Assembly: GCF_000315625.1 (NCBI RefSeq)
Contig: NW_005434552.1
Location: forward strand, 112,127-176,126
Length of the DNA stretch: 64,000 nucleotides
Source of the DNA: Guillardia theta CCMP2712
Lineage: Eukaryota > Protista > Cryptophyta
Reading direction: 5' to 3'
Shown here: positions 11,801 through 27,400 of the stretch, one piece after another
Numbering within the stretch: the first letter of the stretch is position 1
Layout of the letters: every line of letters starts with the position of its first letter
Notes under the pieces: model-generated
The model's input: only the letters and a program-made list of their open reading frames with translations
Database searches by the model: none
Told to the model about the DNA's origin: nothing
Translations under genes and position numbers: made by a program

Positions 11801-14148
11801 CATATTATGCTAGTATCTCCTTCCCCATTAAATGGAAATTCGCCGAAGAACATTCCAGTCAGGTTGGCGTCTGTCAGATCTGTCTCCAAGAACCAGGCAT
11901 GACACGCGTCTACCTGCGATAGATTGGCGCCTCTGAAGTTTGTTCGATGCATAACAATGTTTCGCAAGACAGCACCGCAGATCTGAACTCCAGACAAGTC
12001 CATCCCTGCGAACGACACGCCAGCAGCTGTCAGGAGGGTTGCTGCATTGGCTGCTGCAATGACCCGTGGACTTGAATCTGACTCAACTCCTCGAGATGCA
12101 CGAATAATTTCAAAGAGTTTCTGTTTGAATTGTGACGAGGTCTGCACAGACAGAACAAGAAACTTGATTGTCTCAACATCATGGTTAAGAAGACGCAGGC
12201 CCAGTCCATGCAGCATGACTTCATCAACGCAATCTCTAGTTAGCGTCCTCTCAACAATTTCTTGTGCAAGGAAAAAGCTTCTAAAACTGTCGTGATCGAA
12301 GTGGATACTGATTGCTTCAGCATGATCTGAGTTTGTCGTTGTTTGATGTATCAAGTGCTGCGAGAGCAAGCAGAACCCCACGTTTTCCTTGACATCTGTA
12401 CCAGCTGGCATCGAAAAGGGACTTTTCTGCAGAAACTGCTGTGAGGTCTCGAGCACAAGCCGGTTCTTGCCTGCACGGTGCATCTCAAAGGAGATGACTC
12501 GCACAGCTTCAAGGAATTTGTCCGGGTAATTCTCTTCTGTTATCCCAACTAGGTTGAAGCTGTCCTTTATCCCGGCCTTGCCTTGAAGTTTGAACCATTC
12601 CATTACGAAACATGTCTCAGCATACGTGGCATAAAGGTCGATTTTCGTCATGGGACAAGCGACCGAGAAGTCGTGTCCTCCATGACACAAGCGAGGCAGA
12701 GCTGAGATTACAAGCTTGAAAGCAAGTGGGGTTGTGACAAGTTTCTGCAAGTCTGGTCTTGCATCGAGAGCTGTTCGATAATCTTCTGCGGTCCAAGCAC
12801 TCTCAACAGGAGGGATGCTCATCTGTAGAAAACATGGAACAAGATCCCTGGCCTGTTTGAAACTCAAAGGACATATCCAGTAAGCATCCAGTGTTTTGCT
12901 TGTTGCTCCATCTGGATAAAATAGAGAAAATGACTTTCTACCAGATCTCAGAAACTCGCTTCTGCAGGTAACAACAACCTTAATGTTTGAATTGCCCCTC
13001 ATCTCAGCCACATACTTCTTCACCACGTTTTCTTTCATTCTGAGCTCATCATATCCATCTAATATCAGCACGAAAGAGTTTTGTTGCACAAATCTTCTCC
13101 ATTCTTCATCGGGCAGCTGGTGCCCAAGTTGTTTCTGGACGAATTCTCTGATACCCATTTGATACACAAGTTGCACGAATATTGGAACAGCATGGCACTC
13201 CTTCCATTCCTGCCACAATTCAGCGCTCCACTTCTTTGTAATCGTAGACTTTCCACTTCCCGCGGCTCCTTGCAGGAGTAAAACTTTGCTTTCGCTTGAA
13301 AGGAACATTTTTAGGACTTGACGAGACGGGATACTGTTGCTCTTCACATCGTCGGGACCAGTGTCTGTACAGGATATTTCAAGGTAATCTTGCAAAGTCT
13401 CTTCGACGTTGTCATCCATGAAGGCAGTCTTGAGGTTAGATCGCAACGTCCTGACAAGCCTGCCTGCAATAGACAAGTGCTCATTTCGTTCTGGTTGTAT
13501 CATTCCACTTTTAGGATCAACTTTTTCTGCAAACCTGTACCTAATACTGAAACACCATGCATTGAGAATCATGTTTGCCTTGAGAGGAGCAATCGGTGGA
13601 CTTTGAGAGCTTATCAGATGAAGAGAGACTTGATCTGTTTGGAACTTTGAGTCTTTGGAGTTGACATAATCTTCTACGAAAAACTTGATAGGATCATCTT
13701 TGTCTTCCTCTTTCTTAGTGATTAAATTTCCATCTTTGTCACCATGTGCTCCTGTGTTCACGTGAATAGCTTGGTTGAGCTTGGCTGCCAACTCAAGTAT
13801 TTTCATTACGTGCTCGTCGTGTACCTCTTTATCGCATTCCCAGAGGATTTGTCGAGGGTTCAGCTGAAGTGCAACGAAAGGACAACCTGGAAGCATGAAA
13901 TGACCAGTCTCAGTTTTCATCAGACCCAGCTCATATGCATTCTTCGCCAGGTTGTAGACTTTTCCAGTTCTAAGGTTGTCGCTTCCAGCAAGGCGCGATT
14001 TCGCCTCTGCTTTCTGTCGCTTGGATCCATCACCAACTCTGTCGGTACATCCACGCTTCATTTTGCAGTGGCGTAGAAGTGAAGCGCAAGATGGTGCTAG
14101 GAGGGTAGTACCAGCCTGAGAACAAGAGCAGCGAGTGAGGGGGGTCAT
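8875..14148 (-). CDS. NLR-like STAND protein, main ORF: Tox-HDC-like N-terminal domain + NACHT NTPase + pentapeptide repeats + WD40 repeats
   Basis: 1757-aa ORF. Walker A LLLQGAAGSGKST (~13243-13280), Walker B FVLILDGYDE, sensor VVVTCRSEFL, TTPL motif, FDHDSFRSFF. AAANAATLL...ANLSQVDACHAWFLETDLTDANLTGMFFGE pentapeptide region, then many GH...WD repeats. Confidence 0.9.
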   Translation of the reverse strand: MTPLTRCSCSQAGTTLLAPSCASLLRHCKMKRGCTDRVGDGSKRQKAEAKSRLAGSDNLRTGKVYNLAKNAYELGLMKTETGHFMLPGCPFVALQLNPRQILWECDKEVHDEHVMKILELAAKLNQAIHVNTGAHGDKDGNLITKKEEDKDDPIKFFVEDYVNSKDSKFQTDQVSLHLISSQSPPIAPLKANMILNAWCFSIRYRFAEKVDPKSGMIQPERNEHLSIAGRLVRTLRSNLKTAFMDDNVEETLQDYLEISCTDTGPDDVKSNSIPSRQVLKMFLSSESKVLLLQGAAGSGKSTITKKWSAELWQEWKECHAVPIFVQLVYQMGIREFVQKQLGHQLPDEEWRRFVQQNSFVLILDGYDELRMKENVVKKYVAEMRGNSNIKVVVTCRSEFLRSGRKSFSLFYPDGATSKTLDAYWICPLSFKQARDLVPCFLQMSIPPVESAWTAEDYRTALDARPDLQKLVTTPLAFKLVISALPRLCHGGHDFSVACPMTKIDLYATYAETCFVMEWFKLQGKAGIKDSFNLVGITEENYPDKFLEAVRVISFEMHRAGKNRLVLETSQQFLQKSPFSMPAGTDVKENVGFCLLSQHLIHQTTTNSDHAEAISIHFDHDSFRSFFLAQEIVERTLTRDCVDEVMLHGLGLRLLNHDVETIKFLVLSVQTSSQFKQKLFEIIRASRGVESDSSPRVIAAANAATLLTAAGVSFAGMDLSGVQICGAVLRNIVMHRTNFRGANLSQVDACHAWFLETDLTDANLTGMFFGEFPFNGEGDTSIICAEDSEGISFSPDGSNLCVATSCGEIWKCTFEIQDDQPIQTWRKLEPQLVGDIQRVMHGPDGRTFVAASLSSIQLWDVETEACLYTRTLDDLQESDELHEEDYREDGAVQESQRNLSSLLSFIHNRAQEVDEEDEEDDEEDDEEDHEEDHEEDHEEDHEEDHEEDHEEDHEEDDEEDDEEDGVNSKDEGAVQGRQREEDSNLLSALLNIIQEPIPTEKKIEALLYTDDGKFIIVGVSSGFVLVLDAESGQLKERFPFDELPYLHYDSEDELLHTAETDGKIRKWSIETGHCISQVQLFKDGSSVILFGPKGATLITLLSEDNEAKGIEIWEIESERVMLTIHEVTDVDVVAISPDGTRLACPSPRTSIDIWDLPQASCSHSLQTRDLHVSIMCWRPDGKALATGWEDGLIEVWDVESERCIRSLEEHAGEVTSMSWGPGGKMLASSSADSPIRIWSLNDDGWLSGNDRGSLTEVQALNFASDGKLLAAATANRMIQIWSTETDVCLLTHPGHHSAIRGVTWNPDEHKCVSTSDDKQMLIWDSTTGNCEQKLERLPETVSGIEWSSDEKMISLSSDENHFRIWNFEANKVECTLRKEIEEKEQLIWSPDGRRVAQVWEEGAIVDVWDLHANSSLQAHSEVKKAAEVFLLCSDMILIASVWNGRHIRLLDIETERCVRMLKGHTADVTFLTFRSESKTLASGSNDHTIRIWDVESGICLKTLQQTAERVTFLRFDGYEGKTLVSGSRNGVIQVWDLESGQCVYTLQGHEDPIKYIQISGDERWIISDSDSITRIWDVINEKTLPELECNESEAVLAPDGTRLACPSPRTSIDIWDLPQASCSHSLQTRDLQVSIMCWRPDGKALATGWEDGLIEVWDVESERCIRSLEEHAGEVTSMSWGPGGKMLASSSPLGDVRVWEVDREVCLHAFRSRLQVVSCMKLDPSKKMLAAGSSDGVVSLWDVESGDCTRRLHNDEKE
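9079..10745. repeat. 284-bp direct repeat pair (9079-9362 and 10462-10745) inside the WD40 region
   Basis: Both copies encode PDGTRLACPSPRTSIDIWD...GKMLASSS. One substitution seen (LQV vs LHV). Confidence 0.95.
11260..11412. repeat. Coding 12-bp tandem repeat encoding EEDH/EEDD
   Basis: (gtcctcctcgtg/c)n gives DEEDDEEDHEEDH... within the STAND ORF. Confidence 0.9.
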
Positions 14149-14269
14149 AAGTTGAATACCTTTAAACTAGTTCAGAGCTGTTTCTACAGAAAACTTTTGC
14201 TACATTTGTGAGCTCTGCCACTACTACGACTACTTACCATAAACAAGTGTGGAAGTGAAAACTGGTGAA

Positions 14270-14820
14270 TGGGAGAAGAGACGAGAAGACAGGCAAGTCT
14301 CGTGATTGTGAGTGAAGAGAAAAACAAAGACAACAGAGAAAAAAATGCGCTGGAGAGGAAAGGCAAGGAGGGAGAAGATTCAACGAAGAGAGAAAAGGAA
14401 AGTGGAGGAGAGGAGGTGGGAGGAGGGGTGTGGAAATGAGAGGATTGGAAAGGAGAGGAGAGAGGTTACGAAAGGAAAAGAAGGGGTGGAGAGGAGATGA
14501 AAGCAAAGCAAAAGAGATGAGATGAGAGGGGAGGCGAGGCGAAGAGAAGAAAAGAGAAGCGGACAGGACAGGACAGGACAGGATAGAGGAGAGACAATGG
14601 AAGAGGAGAGGAGAGGGGAGCTCAGGAAAGAAGAGGACATGAGAAGAAAGCTAATGAGAGGAGAGGAGTGGAGAGAAAAGATGACAGGACAGGACAGGAC
14701 AGGACAGGACAGGACAGGACAGGACAGGACAGGACAGGACAGGACAGGACAGGGGAGAAGAGGGGGGAGAGGAGAGGAGAGGAGAGGTGGACAGGACAGG
14801 AGAGGAGAGGAAGAGACACT
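14270..14820. repeat. Purine-rich microsatellites incl. (ggaca)n
   Basis: Direct inspection. Confidence 0.85.
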
Positions 14821-15363
14821 CTCTGAGGAAGTGAGGGGAACTACAGGTGCAGTGTTTAATGGAGAGAGGAAACCGGGGGCGGGCCTACAAGAGGATCGTG
14901 GTCAAATTGACAGAGATAGTCCATTTATATTAGGAAGACAATCGAGAGATTGATAACCTAGGGTGTCACGAGTAGACTGTTTGATCTAGCTGGGAACCTC
15001 CGGGCTCTGATTCAATTTCAACAAGTGAAATGAAATCGAAATCTGTTGCAAGCTGGCCTCAGTAAAGTCATCTGCTCTGCTGTCTGCTGTAACATGATGC
15101 TATCTCAGTAGGCCCGCCTCAGAACAATCTGATGCGTCCTGAGACGGGCCCGTATCAAGCGGTAGGATGTTGTCCTTCTTCATATCCTCCGAAAGTACTA
15201 TAAACAAGGAGGGCTCATGTCGGGGGATCAGCGGGTTATTACGGGGCCTCGCATGGTTTCTGATTTCGATGAAGCTGAGGCAGGCCCGCGTAGGTCCGGT
15301 CCCTCCAGGCTTTGGCTACGAGAGTCGATTTTGACTGAGAGGAGTGACGGGAGGGTTCACTTA

Positions 15364-15578
15364 CACCCCTCCTCCTCGCACCCCCCTCCTCCTCGCACCC
15401 CCCTCCTCCTCGCACCCCCCTCCTCCTCGTACCCCCCCTCCTCCTCGCACACCCCTCCTCCTGGCACCCCCCTCCTCCTCGCACCCCCCCTCCTCCTGGT
15501 ACCCCCCCCTCCTCCTCGCCCCCCCCTCCCGCACCCCCCCTCCTCCTCGCACCCCCCCTCCTCCTCGCACCCCCCCTC
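15364..15578. repeat. Minisatellite (ccccctcctcctcgca)n
   Basis: About 11 imperfect 16-20-bp units. Confidence 0.85.
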
Positions 15579-15614
15579 TTCTATGCTCTCCTCTCTGCAA
15601 CTCAGATCGTCACC

Positions 15615-16800
15615 ATGAGCGACAAGAAGGTCTGCAGAGAGACAAAGAGCTTGTCAGGGCTCAACGCAACAGACTTCTTCAAGCACTCTCACCTCGCGCT
15701 GCTCTTTGCTTGCATGAAGGTTTGATCGAATGATCTCATGTCAAGTTTGCGTCAGCCTGATGATGAGCCAGGGGCTGCATGGCGAAGTAGAGAGTATTCT
15801 CAACATGTTCAATAGCACAGACTTGGATGTGGAATGTCTGGTCAATCAGAGTCAAACCGACGGATGGACAGCTTTACATTACGCTGCTAGCACAGGTCAA
15901 ACTCAGATTGTCAAGACGCTGCTGTCGCATCGAGCTCTTGTCAACGTCGCCACGCGCTTATCTCGCTCGACGGCTCTTCACCTCGCCGCTAAGAGGTGAG
16001 AGGCGGACGGAGGGTCAATGTGCTTGACAAGCTGAGAGGGGGCACGTCGACATCGTCCAGCTCCTGCTGCACAAATTCGCCAAGAATCGAAAAGACTCGC
16101 GAGGATGGACAGCACTGAAGTTTGCAGAGGTAGAGGATGAGCGAAGGGAGATGATACTACTGATGATGCCTCCTCCTCCCGCAGTCAGCAGGCCATCTCG
16201 AAGTAGTCCGACTGCTTGCGGTGAAAATGATGTCCATGCTCCTACAAGTGAACTGGATCGCAGAAAACCTTCTGGAGGAACGTGGTGGCCGCAGAGTGAG
16301 ACTGACTTATCTCTTCCTCACTGTCAGCTGACCGTGCGACAGCCTTCAGATGGGCGAGGAGATCCTTCATTGCGAGCTCGTCAGCGAGAGGAAAAGCTTT
16401 CGACTCTCCAAGGCTTTGCAGGGATGCGACGCCTGCTCTTGCTCTTCTCCTCCCACGTTGGCTGACGTCGCCAGGAACGGAGCTCACTGGAGCCTTTCGA
16501 GCTTGCAAGACTTGACCCTCTCCTCTGCTCCCACTCTCGCCGCCCATAAACATTCTTCTCCAGCAGAGGAGCCAGCTGTTGGATTAGCCAGGCTGTGAGT
16601 CCAGCTTCTTGTCTTGTTCCCGACTTCTCACGTCTGCACAGCAAAATATTCAAAGAGAGTTTGCCGAGGCTGATTGTTTAGAGACAGTCTTGTACGTTTT
16701 AATGCATGAGTTGCTCTGCGGGAGATGTAGCATCTGCTCTGTTTGCATTCCGAAATGCTTCAGAGAGAAATTCATTGTGTTTCAGCTTGTGCTTCATGCG
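15615..16800 (+). CDS. Ankyrin repeat protein (multi-exon; 3' end uncertain)
   Basis: DGWTALHYAASTGQTQIVKTLL, RSTALHLAAKR|GHVDIVQLLL, RGWTALKFAE|SGHLEVVRLL. Confidence 0.8.
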
Positions 16801-17174
16801 TGAAGATATACCTCTAGTGTGTGCCTGTCACTATCAAGCACAGACACAAGATTGGAGGTAATATGAAGGAATAAGCCTGGACGAGATGCTTATGAACTCA
16901 GAGGGGCTTTAGACTGCGAGGATGGAACTGAAGTAGAATCTGCTCTTCCTTTCCTTCTGCAGTTCACAAGACTTGTTGGTTCTAGATCAAGTTAGTGATG
17001 TTTAACTTTACTCTACCTTACTTTGAGTTTGTGAGGCAATTATCTTCATCCTGATTTCTTGAATCGTTGAATAAACTTTATATTCACGCTCATGGACACC
17101 TTTATTGACTGAACAAGAAAGGCAAACCGGAGCAAACAAAGGAGGACGAGGATAGAGCCAACAAACCCGCCTCA

Positions 17175-17530
17175 ATAAAATACTAGGAAACGAAGGAGGC
17201 AGCGAAAACCGCTACTCCAACCACGCAAGCGACGGCATGCACGACAAGCAGGGGAACAAGGATCAGAACAACGAGCAGTAGCGCAAGGCCCCTGCGAGGA
17301 GGACGGCAAGACCCATGCGAGAGCGATACTGCCGAAACAGACGAGCACGCAAACGATGAAAGCCAGGGTCCCCATACACCGCCTCCTGAGCGCATCCATC
17401 CCACTCCGCTGTCAGCGTAGCTCCATGGTGATCCGCCAGGTACCAGAGAAACCGCAAAGCGTCAGCATGAAGAAGACCATCCGTACCTGCAGTGAAGGGA
17501 AGAAAGGCCTTCGGCGGGTGATGGGTGCCA
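17175..17530 (-). CDS. Small hydrophobic membrane protein, hypothetical
   Basis: Hydrophobic minus-strand segments (LAFIVCVLVCFGSIALAWVL; LALLLVVLILVPLLVVHAVACVVGVAVF). Exon structure not resolved. Confidence 0.35.
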
Positions 17531-17666
17531 TAACTTGCGCGATGATCCGAAATCTTCTGTTGGGCGAGGGACCGGTGACGTGGGTCCGGGTGGACACATA
17601 GTTTTGAAAGCCCAGTTTGACCTTTTTTTTCCCCAGCGTTTTCCGTTGCATGCAGAAGAGGTGAAG

Positions 17667-22820
<5,154 letters not shown>

Positions 22821-22914
22821 GTGAGACAAAATGATGAAAAACAGGAGGGGGAGGACGAGAGGAGGGGAAGAAAAGGGAGAAGGAGGATGGAAGGGGAGGG
22901 GAGGCGAGAGGAGC

Positions 22915-23232
<318 letters not shown>

Positions 23233-23877
23233 NNNNNNNNNNNNNNNNNNNNNNNNNNNNNNNNNNNNNNNNNNNNNNNNNNNNNNNNNNNNNNNNNNNN
23301 NNNNNNNNNNNNNNNNNNNNNNNNNNNNNNNNNNNNNNNNNNNNNNNNNNNNNNNNNNNNNNNNNNNNNNNNNNNNNNNNNNNNNNNNNNNNNNNNNNNN
23401 NNNNNNNNNNNNNNNNNNNNNNNNNNNNNNNNNNNNNNNNNNNNNNNNNNNNNNNNNNNNNNNNNNNNNNNNNNNNNNNNNNNNNNNNNNNNNNNNNNNN
23501 NNNNNNNNNNNNNNNNNNNNNNNNNNNNNNNNNNNNNNNNNNNNNNNNNNNNNNNNNNNNNNNNNNNNNNNNNNNNNNNNNNNNNNNNNNNNNNNNNNNN
23601 NNNNNNNNNNNNNNNNNNNNNNNNNNNNNNNNNNNNNNNNNNNNNNNNNNNNNNNNNNNNNNNNNNNNNNNNNNNNNNNNNACAGACCTGCTTTCCATAT
23701 CACCTTCTTCAATCCCTTTCCTCTCCTCCCTCCTGCTCGTTCGTCTCCGCCTCTCCTTCTCCTTCTGTTCCCCCCTCTCTCTCCACCTCCATCATACTTC
23801 TCCTCCTCCCATCCTCTGTCCCCCCTCTCTCTCCCTCCTCCTCCTCCTCCTCCTCTTCCTCTTCCTCGCTCGTTCTT

Positions 23878-24009
23878 ACCGCCTATTGGAGACTTGTCGC
23901 TCCCAGTCACAAACTTGAGTAACAATTTCTTATGCTCTAGGTCCCACTCGCGCACAATCTGCATCAGAATCAGACCTTTCAACTCTCCTGCTCCTGCTGC
24001 TCCTGCTGG

Positions 24010-24072
<63 letters not shown>

Positions 24073-24116
24073 AGCTCCTGCTCCTGCTCCTGCTCCTGCT
24101 CCAGCACCTCCTCAAT

Positions 24117-24150
<34 letters not shown>

Positions 24151-24415
24151 ACCAGCTCCAGCTCCAGCTGCTCCTGCTGCTCCTGCTGCTCCGTTCTCGT
24201 CCTTAACTCTGCTCTCATTCTCTCTCAATTTCCTTCTCCTCCTCTTCAACTTCTTTCCCTTCCTCTTCTCCACTCTCTCGCGTTTACCTGCCAGAACCAT
24301 TCAACGGCTTGACTGCTCGCGCTATACCCGCCCGCGTATGTCGCTGCCTCCTCCAGCCCTTTGAAGTCAAGATTTGGAGACCCGCAAACCAGCACCTGCA
24401 TGAACAACTTTCACT

Positions 24416-24499
<84 letters not shown>

Positions 24500-27400
24500 T
24501 TTCCTCCTCCCACCCCTCCTCCTCCTCCTCCTCCTCACAGCGGCAGCAATTGGTACTTTCTCGTTCCCTCCTGTCCCCTCCTCATGACCCTTCTGCCTTC
24601 TTCCTCGCTCCCTACGTTTCTCTCCCTTCCATTTTCTCACCTCCAGCTCTCGCGGGCTGAGCAGCTTTAGAATCCCCTCCTGCTCGAACATGAAGAGAAA
24701 CCCCTCCTTGAAGGGCTCGAACTGCGAGCTGACAGAGGAGGACAGGAGGTACTCAACGTATCGCTGCACGTACTCCCTCCTGTTGCTGTTTGTTACCTCC
24801 ACGTCTCCTCCTCCCTCCTTCAGCTCCACCACCCTTCTCTCCCCGAACGACTCGATCGCTGCCTGGAACGTCAGGCAGAAGACGTCCTGCACGTCCCCCG
24901 GCCCCGAGTACTCGAGGAGGGCGAGGAGGCCGCGGGAGGTCTCAGGACTGAGATCGGCAACGTCCTGGTGGTTGAGGGGGAGGGAGAGAAGCTTTTTCCA
25001 TAGCACGAGAGGCAGCTGAAGGTCAAGGAGCACGTGGTTGTAGACGGCAAGTCCCAGCAGCAACCCCACCAGCATGAACTCCTGGGAGGACTCGAGGGAG
25101 GAGGGGTTGAACCAGAGGACCCTCGTCTCCTCCTGCTGGAGGAACATACCGAAGGAGGGATCGAAGAGCTGCTGAACTATGAGCGCGAAGAACTCCTTCT
25201 TCAGCCCCCCCTCGTCAACTCCCTCCTCCCCTATGAACACAACCTTGAGCGGCTTGAACAAGTCGCTCTTCCTCTGCCGGCAGAGCTCGTCTAGCGCATC
25301 TTGCAACAGGTGAGATCGACGCAGTCGGATGATGCAGAAGGCAGGATGCGACGGGGGGATGCCGCTGCTGCTGGGAGGAGGGAGGGAGTACCCGTCCTCT
25401 GCCTTCGCTGCATGAGCCCTCTTGCTCCACAGCAGCCCTCCTACCGTCGCCTCCTCCTGCTGGACCAGCGAGCTTGTTGCGATACCTATGATCTGCTGCT
25501 GCTGCTGCCGGTAGCTAGCCTCCACCTGCAGCAGCTTTGACTTTGCCTCGTCGTTGAGCAGGAAGGAGAAGCGGCAGAAGCTGAAGTTTGCGCGCCAAAA
25601 GTCGTAGGAGGCGACGGGGCCAGGCAGCAGCTGCTGGGCCCTCCTCCACGAGATATAGTCAAAGTTCCAGTCGATGTGCTCCGAGATGAACTGGTTGTAG
25701 AACTTCCGCGCATCCAAACTTGGCGAGTCGACAGCCTTGAGGGCGTTTGCCTTGTACGCCAACTCCAGTACGACGATGACGTCCTGGAGGGGCGGGGAAA
25801 CTTGTTTGATCGCCTCGATCTCCTTGCTGAGAAAGTTGTTGAGGGGGGAGACGATCCTCGCGCCTAAGATATCGAGCGGACTGCGAGACCACCAAGACAC
25901 GATCTGCTTCCTCCGTTAGCTCCTCCCGTCACCTGCTCCCGTGAACTCCTCTTCCCGTTAGCTCCTTCTCCGCTCCTCTTCCTCTCGTCACTTTTCTCGT
26001 CCCTGTGCTGCCCTTCATGCTGCTCATCCTTGACTTCGGCGCCTCTCCATCCCTCTCGTTCTTCTCTCCCTCACTCTCTTTCCTACCCCCATTCTCTTCT
26101 CCCCTCCGCCTCTCCTCCCCTCCGCCTCTCCTCCCCTCTGCCTCTCTTCCACACTTTCTCTCCCTGTACCTGCTGCATCGTTGCATCATCGAAGCCAGCG
26201 ATCACTTTGCAGACAAGTAGAATGAGGTTCCCTCCAAACCTCTCGTTGCACATCACCTGAGCAAATTCAGCTGCTCCCCCCTCTGCTGCTCCTTTTCATA
26301 CTCTTCTTCCTCTCCTTCCCAACCTTCTCCCTCTGCCACTGCCTCTGCCTCTGCCTCTGCCTCTGCCTCTGCCTCTGCCTCTGCCTTTGCCCCTTCTCCC
26401 TCCTCCCAACTCACAGGGTTTTGAGCCAGCAGGATCGCAGCTTTCGCCATGGCGGTGCAGGCCTGAGCGTTGAGTTTCTTTCTCTGCTCGAGCATCTCGT
26501 TGAGCAAACTGCTCGTCGCGTCCACCAGGCTCGGCAGGTTCATCGCGCCCAGCGCCTGAATCAGCTCCACGTAGACCAGCTCGACTCCGAGGAAGTCGAT
26601 CCCCTCCCCTCCGCTTCTTGCGAAGACAGCGTTGAGGGCGGAGGAGGAGGAGAAGAGAACCTTAGTCTGGTTGATGAGCTCCGGCACCTGAGAGCTGATC
26701 TCAAATAGTATATTTCAAGCCTGCGACTCTCGCTGCAGCCTTTCTCTCCTTTCTGACCATCCTGTCCTGACCTGTCCTGACCTGACCTGACCTGACCTGT
26801 CCTGTCCTGTCCTCATCCTCTCCTCTTCCCCTCTCGCTTCTTTCACATCTTTTTCAACATTTTTCACGAGTATCAACAACTTACAGCAGTCGATCTCGTT
26901 CTTGACTCGGCAATCAGTTTTTGCAGTTGACGAACAGCAACAGAACCAAGAAGAGCTGTAAGCGAATCGTTCAGTCCCCCTCCTACGCATGAAGTCCTCT
27001 TTTGCCTCCTCTTGCTCCTCCTCTTGCTCCTCTTCTTCTATTTCTCCTCCCCCTCCTGCTCCTGCTCCTGCTCCTCCATCTCCCCTTGGTATGCCCGTCT
27101 CCTTACCGTAGTGATGCATCCTGTGAGTGAAGAGCTCCTGATATGCTCCGATTGTGACCCCGCTGGTCTGACCTCCTGCTGCCAGCAACTGAACCTGAAG
27201 GGCGCGGATCAGGCGATGATGTGGAGAGCAAGATGGAACAAGAAGAGCAGGCATTCGACGAGCACCAGGGGAAGAGTAGCTCCAAGACTGGGGAGAAGGA
27301 GAGCAGAGCACCAAGAAGACCGACGAGGCGAGAAGGAAGGAGGGAGGGAGGGAGGGAGGGAGGGAGAAGAAGAGGGCAAGGAGAGAGGCAGGGAGGCAGG

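Noticed and set aside
14876-15120. 11-bp inverted repeat (ggcgggcctac/gtaggcccgcc) as MITE ends
   Set aside because: No TSD is evident, and AGGCCCGCC recurs in other intergenic regions (~4779, 54921, 63783), so it is more likely a promoter-type motif.
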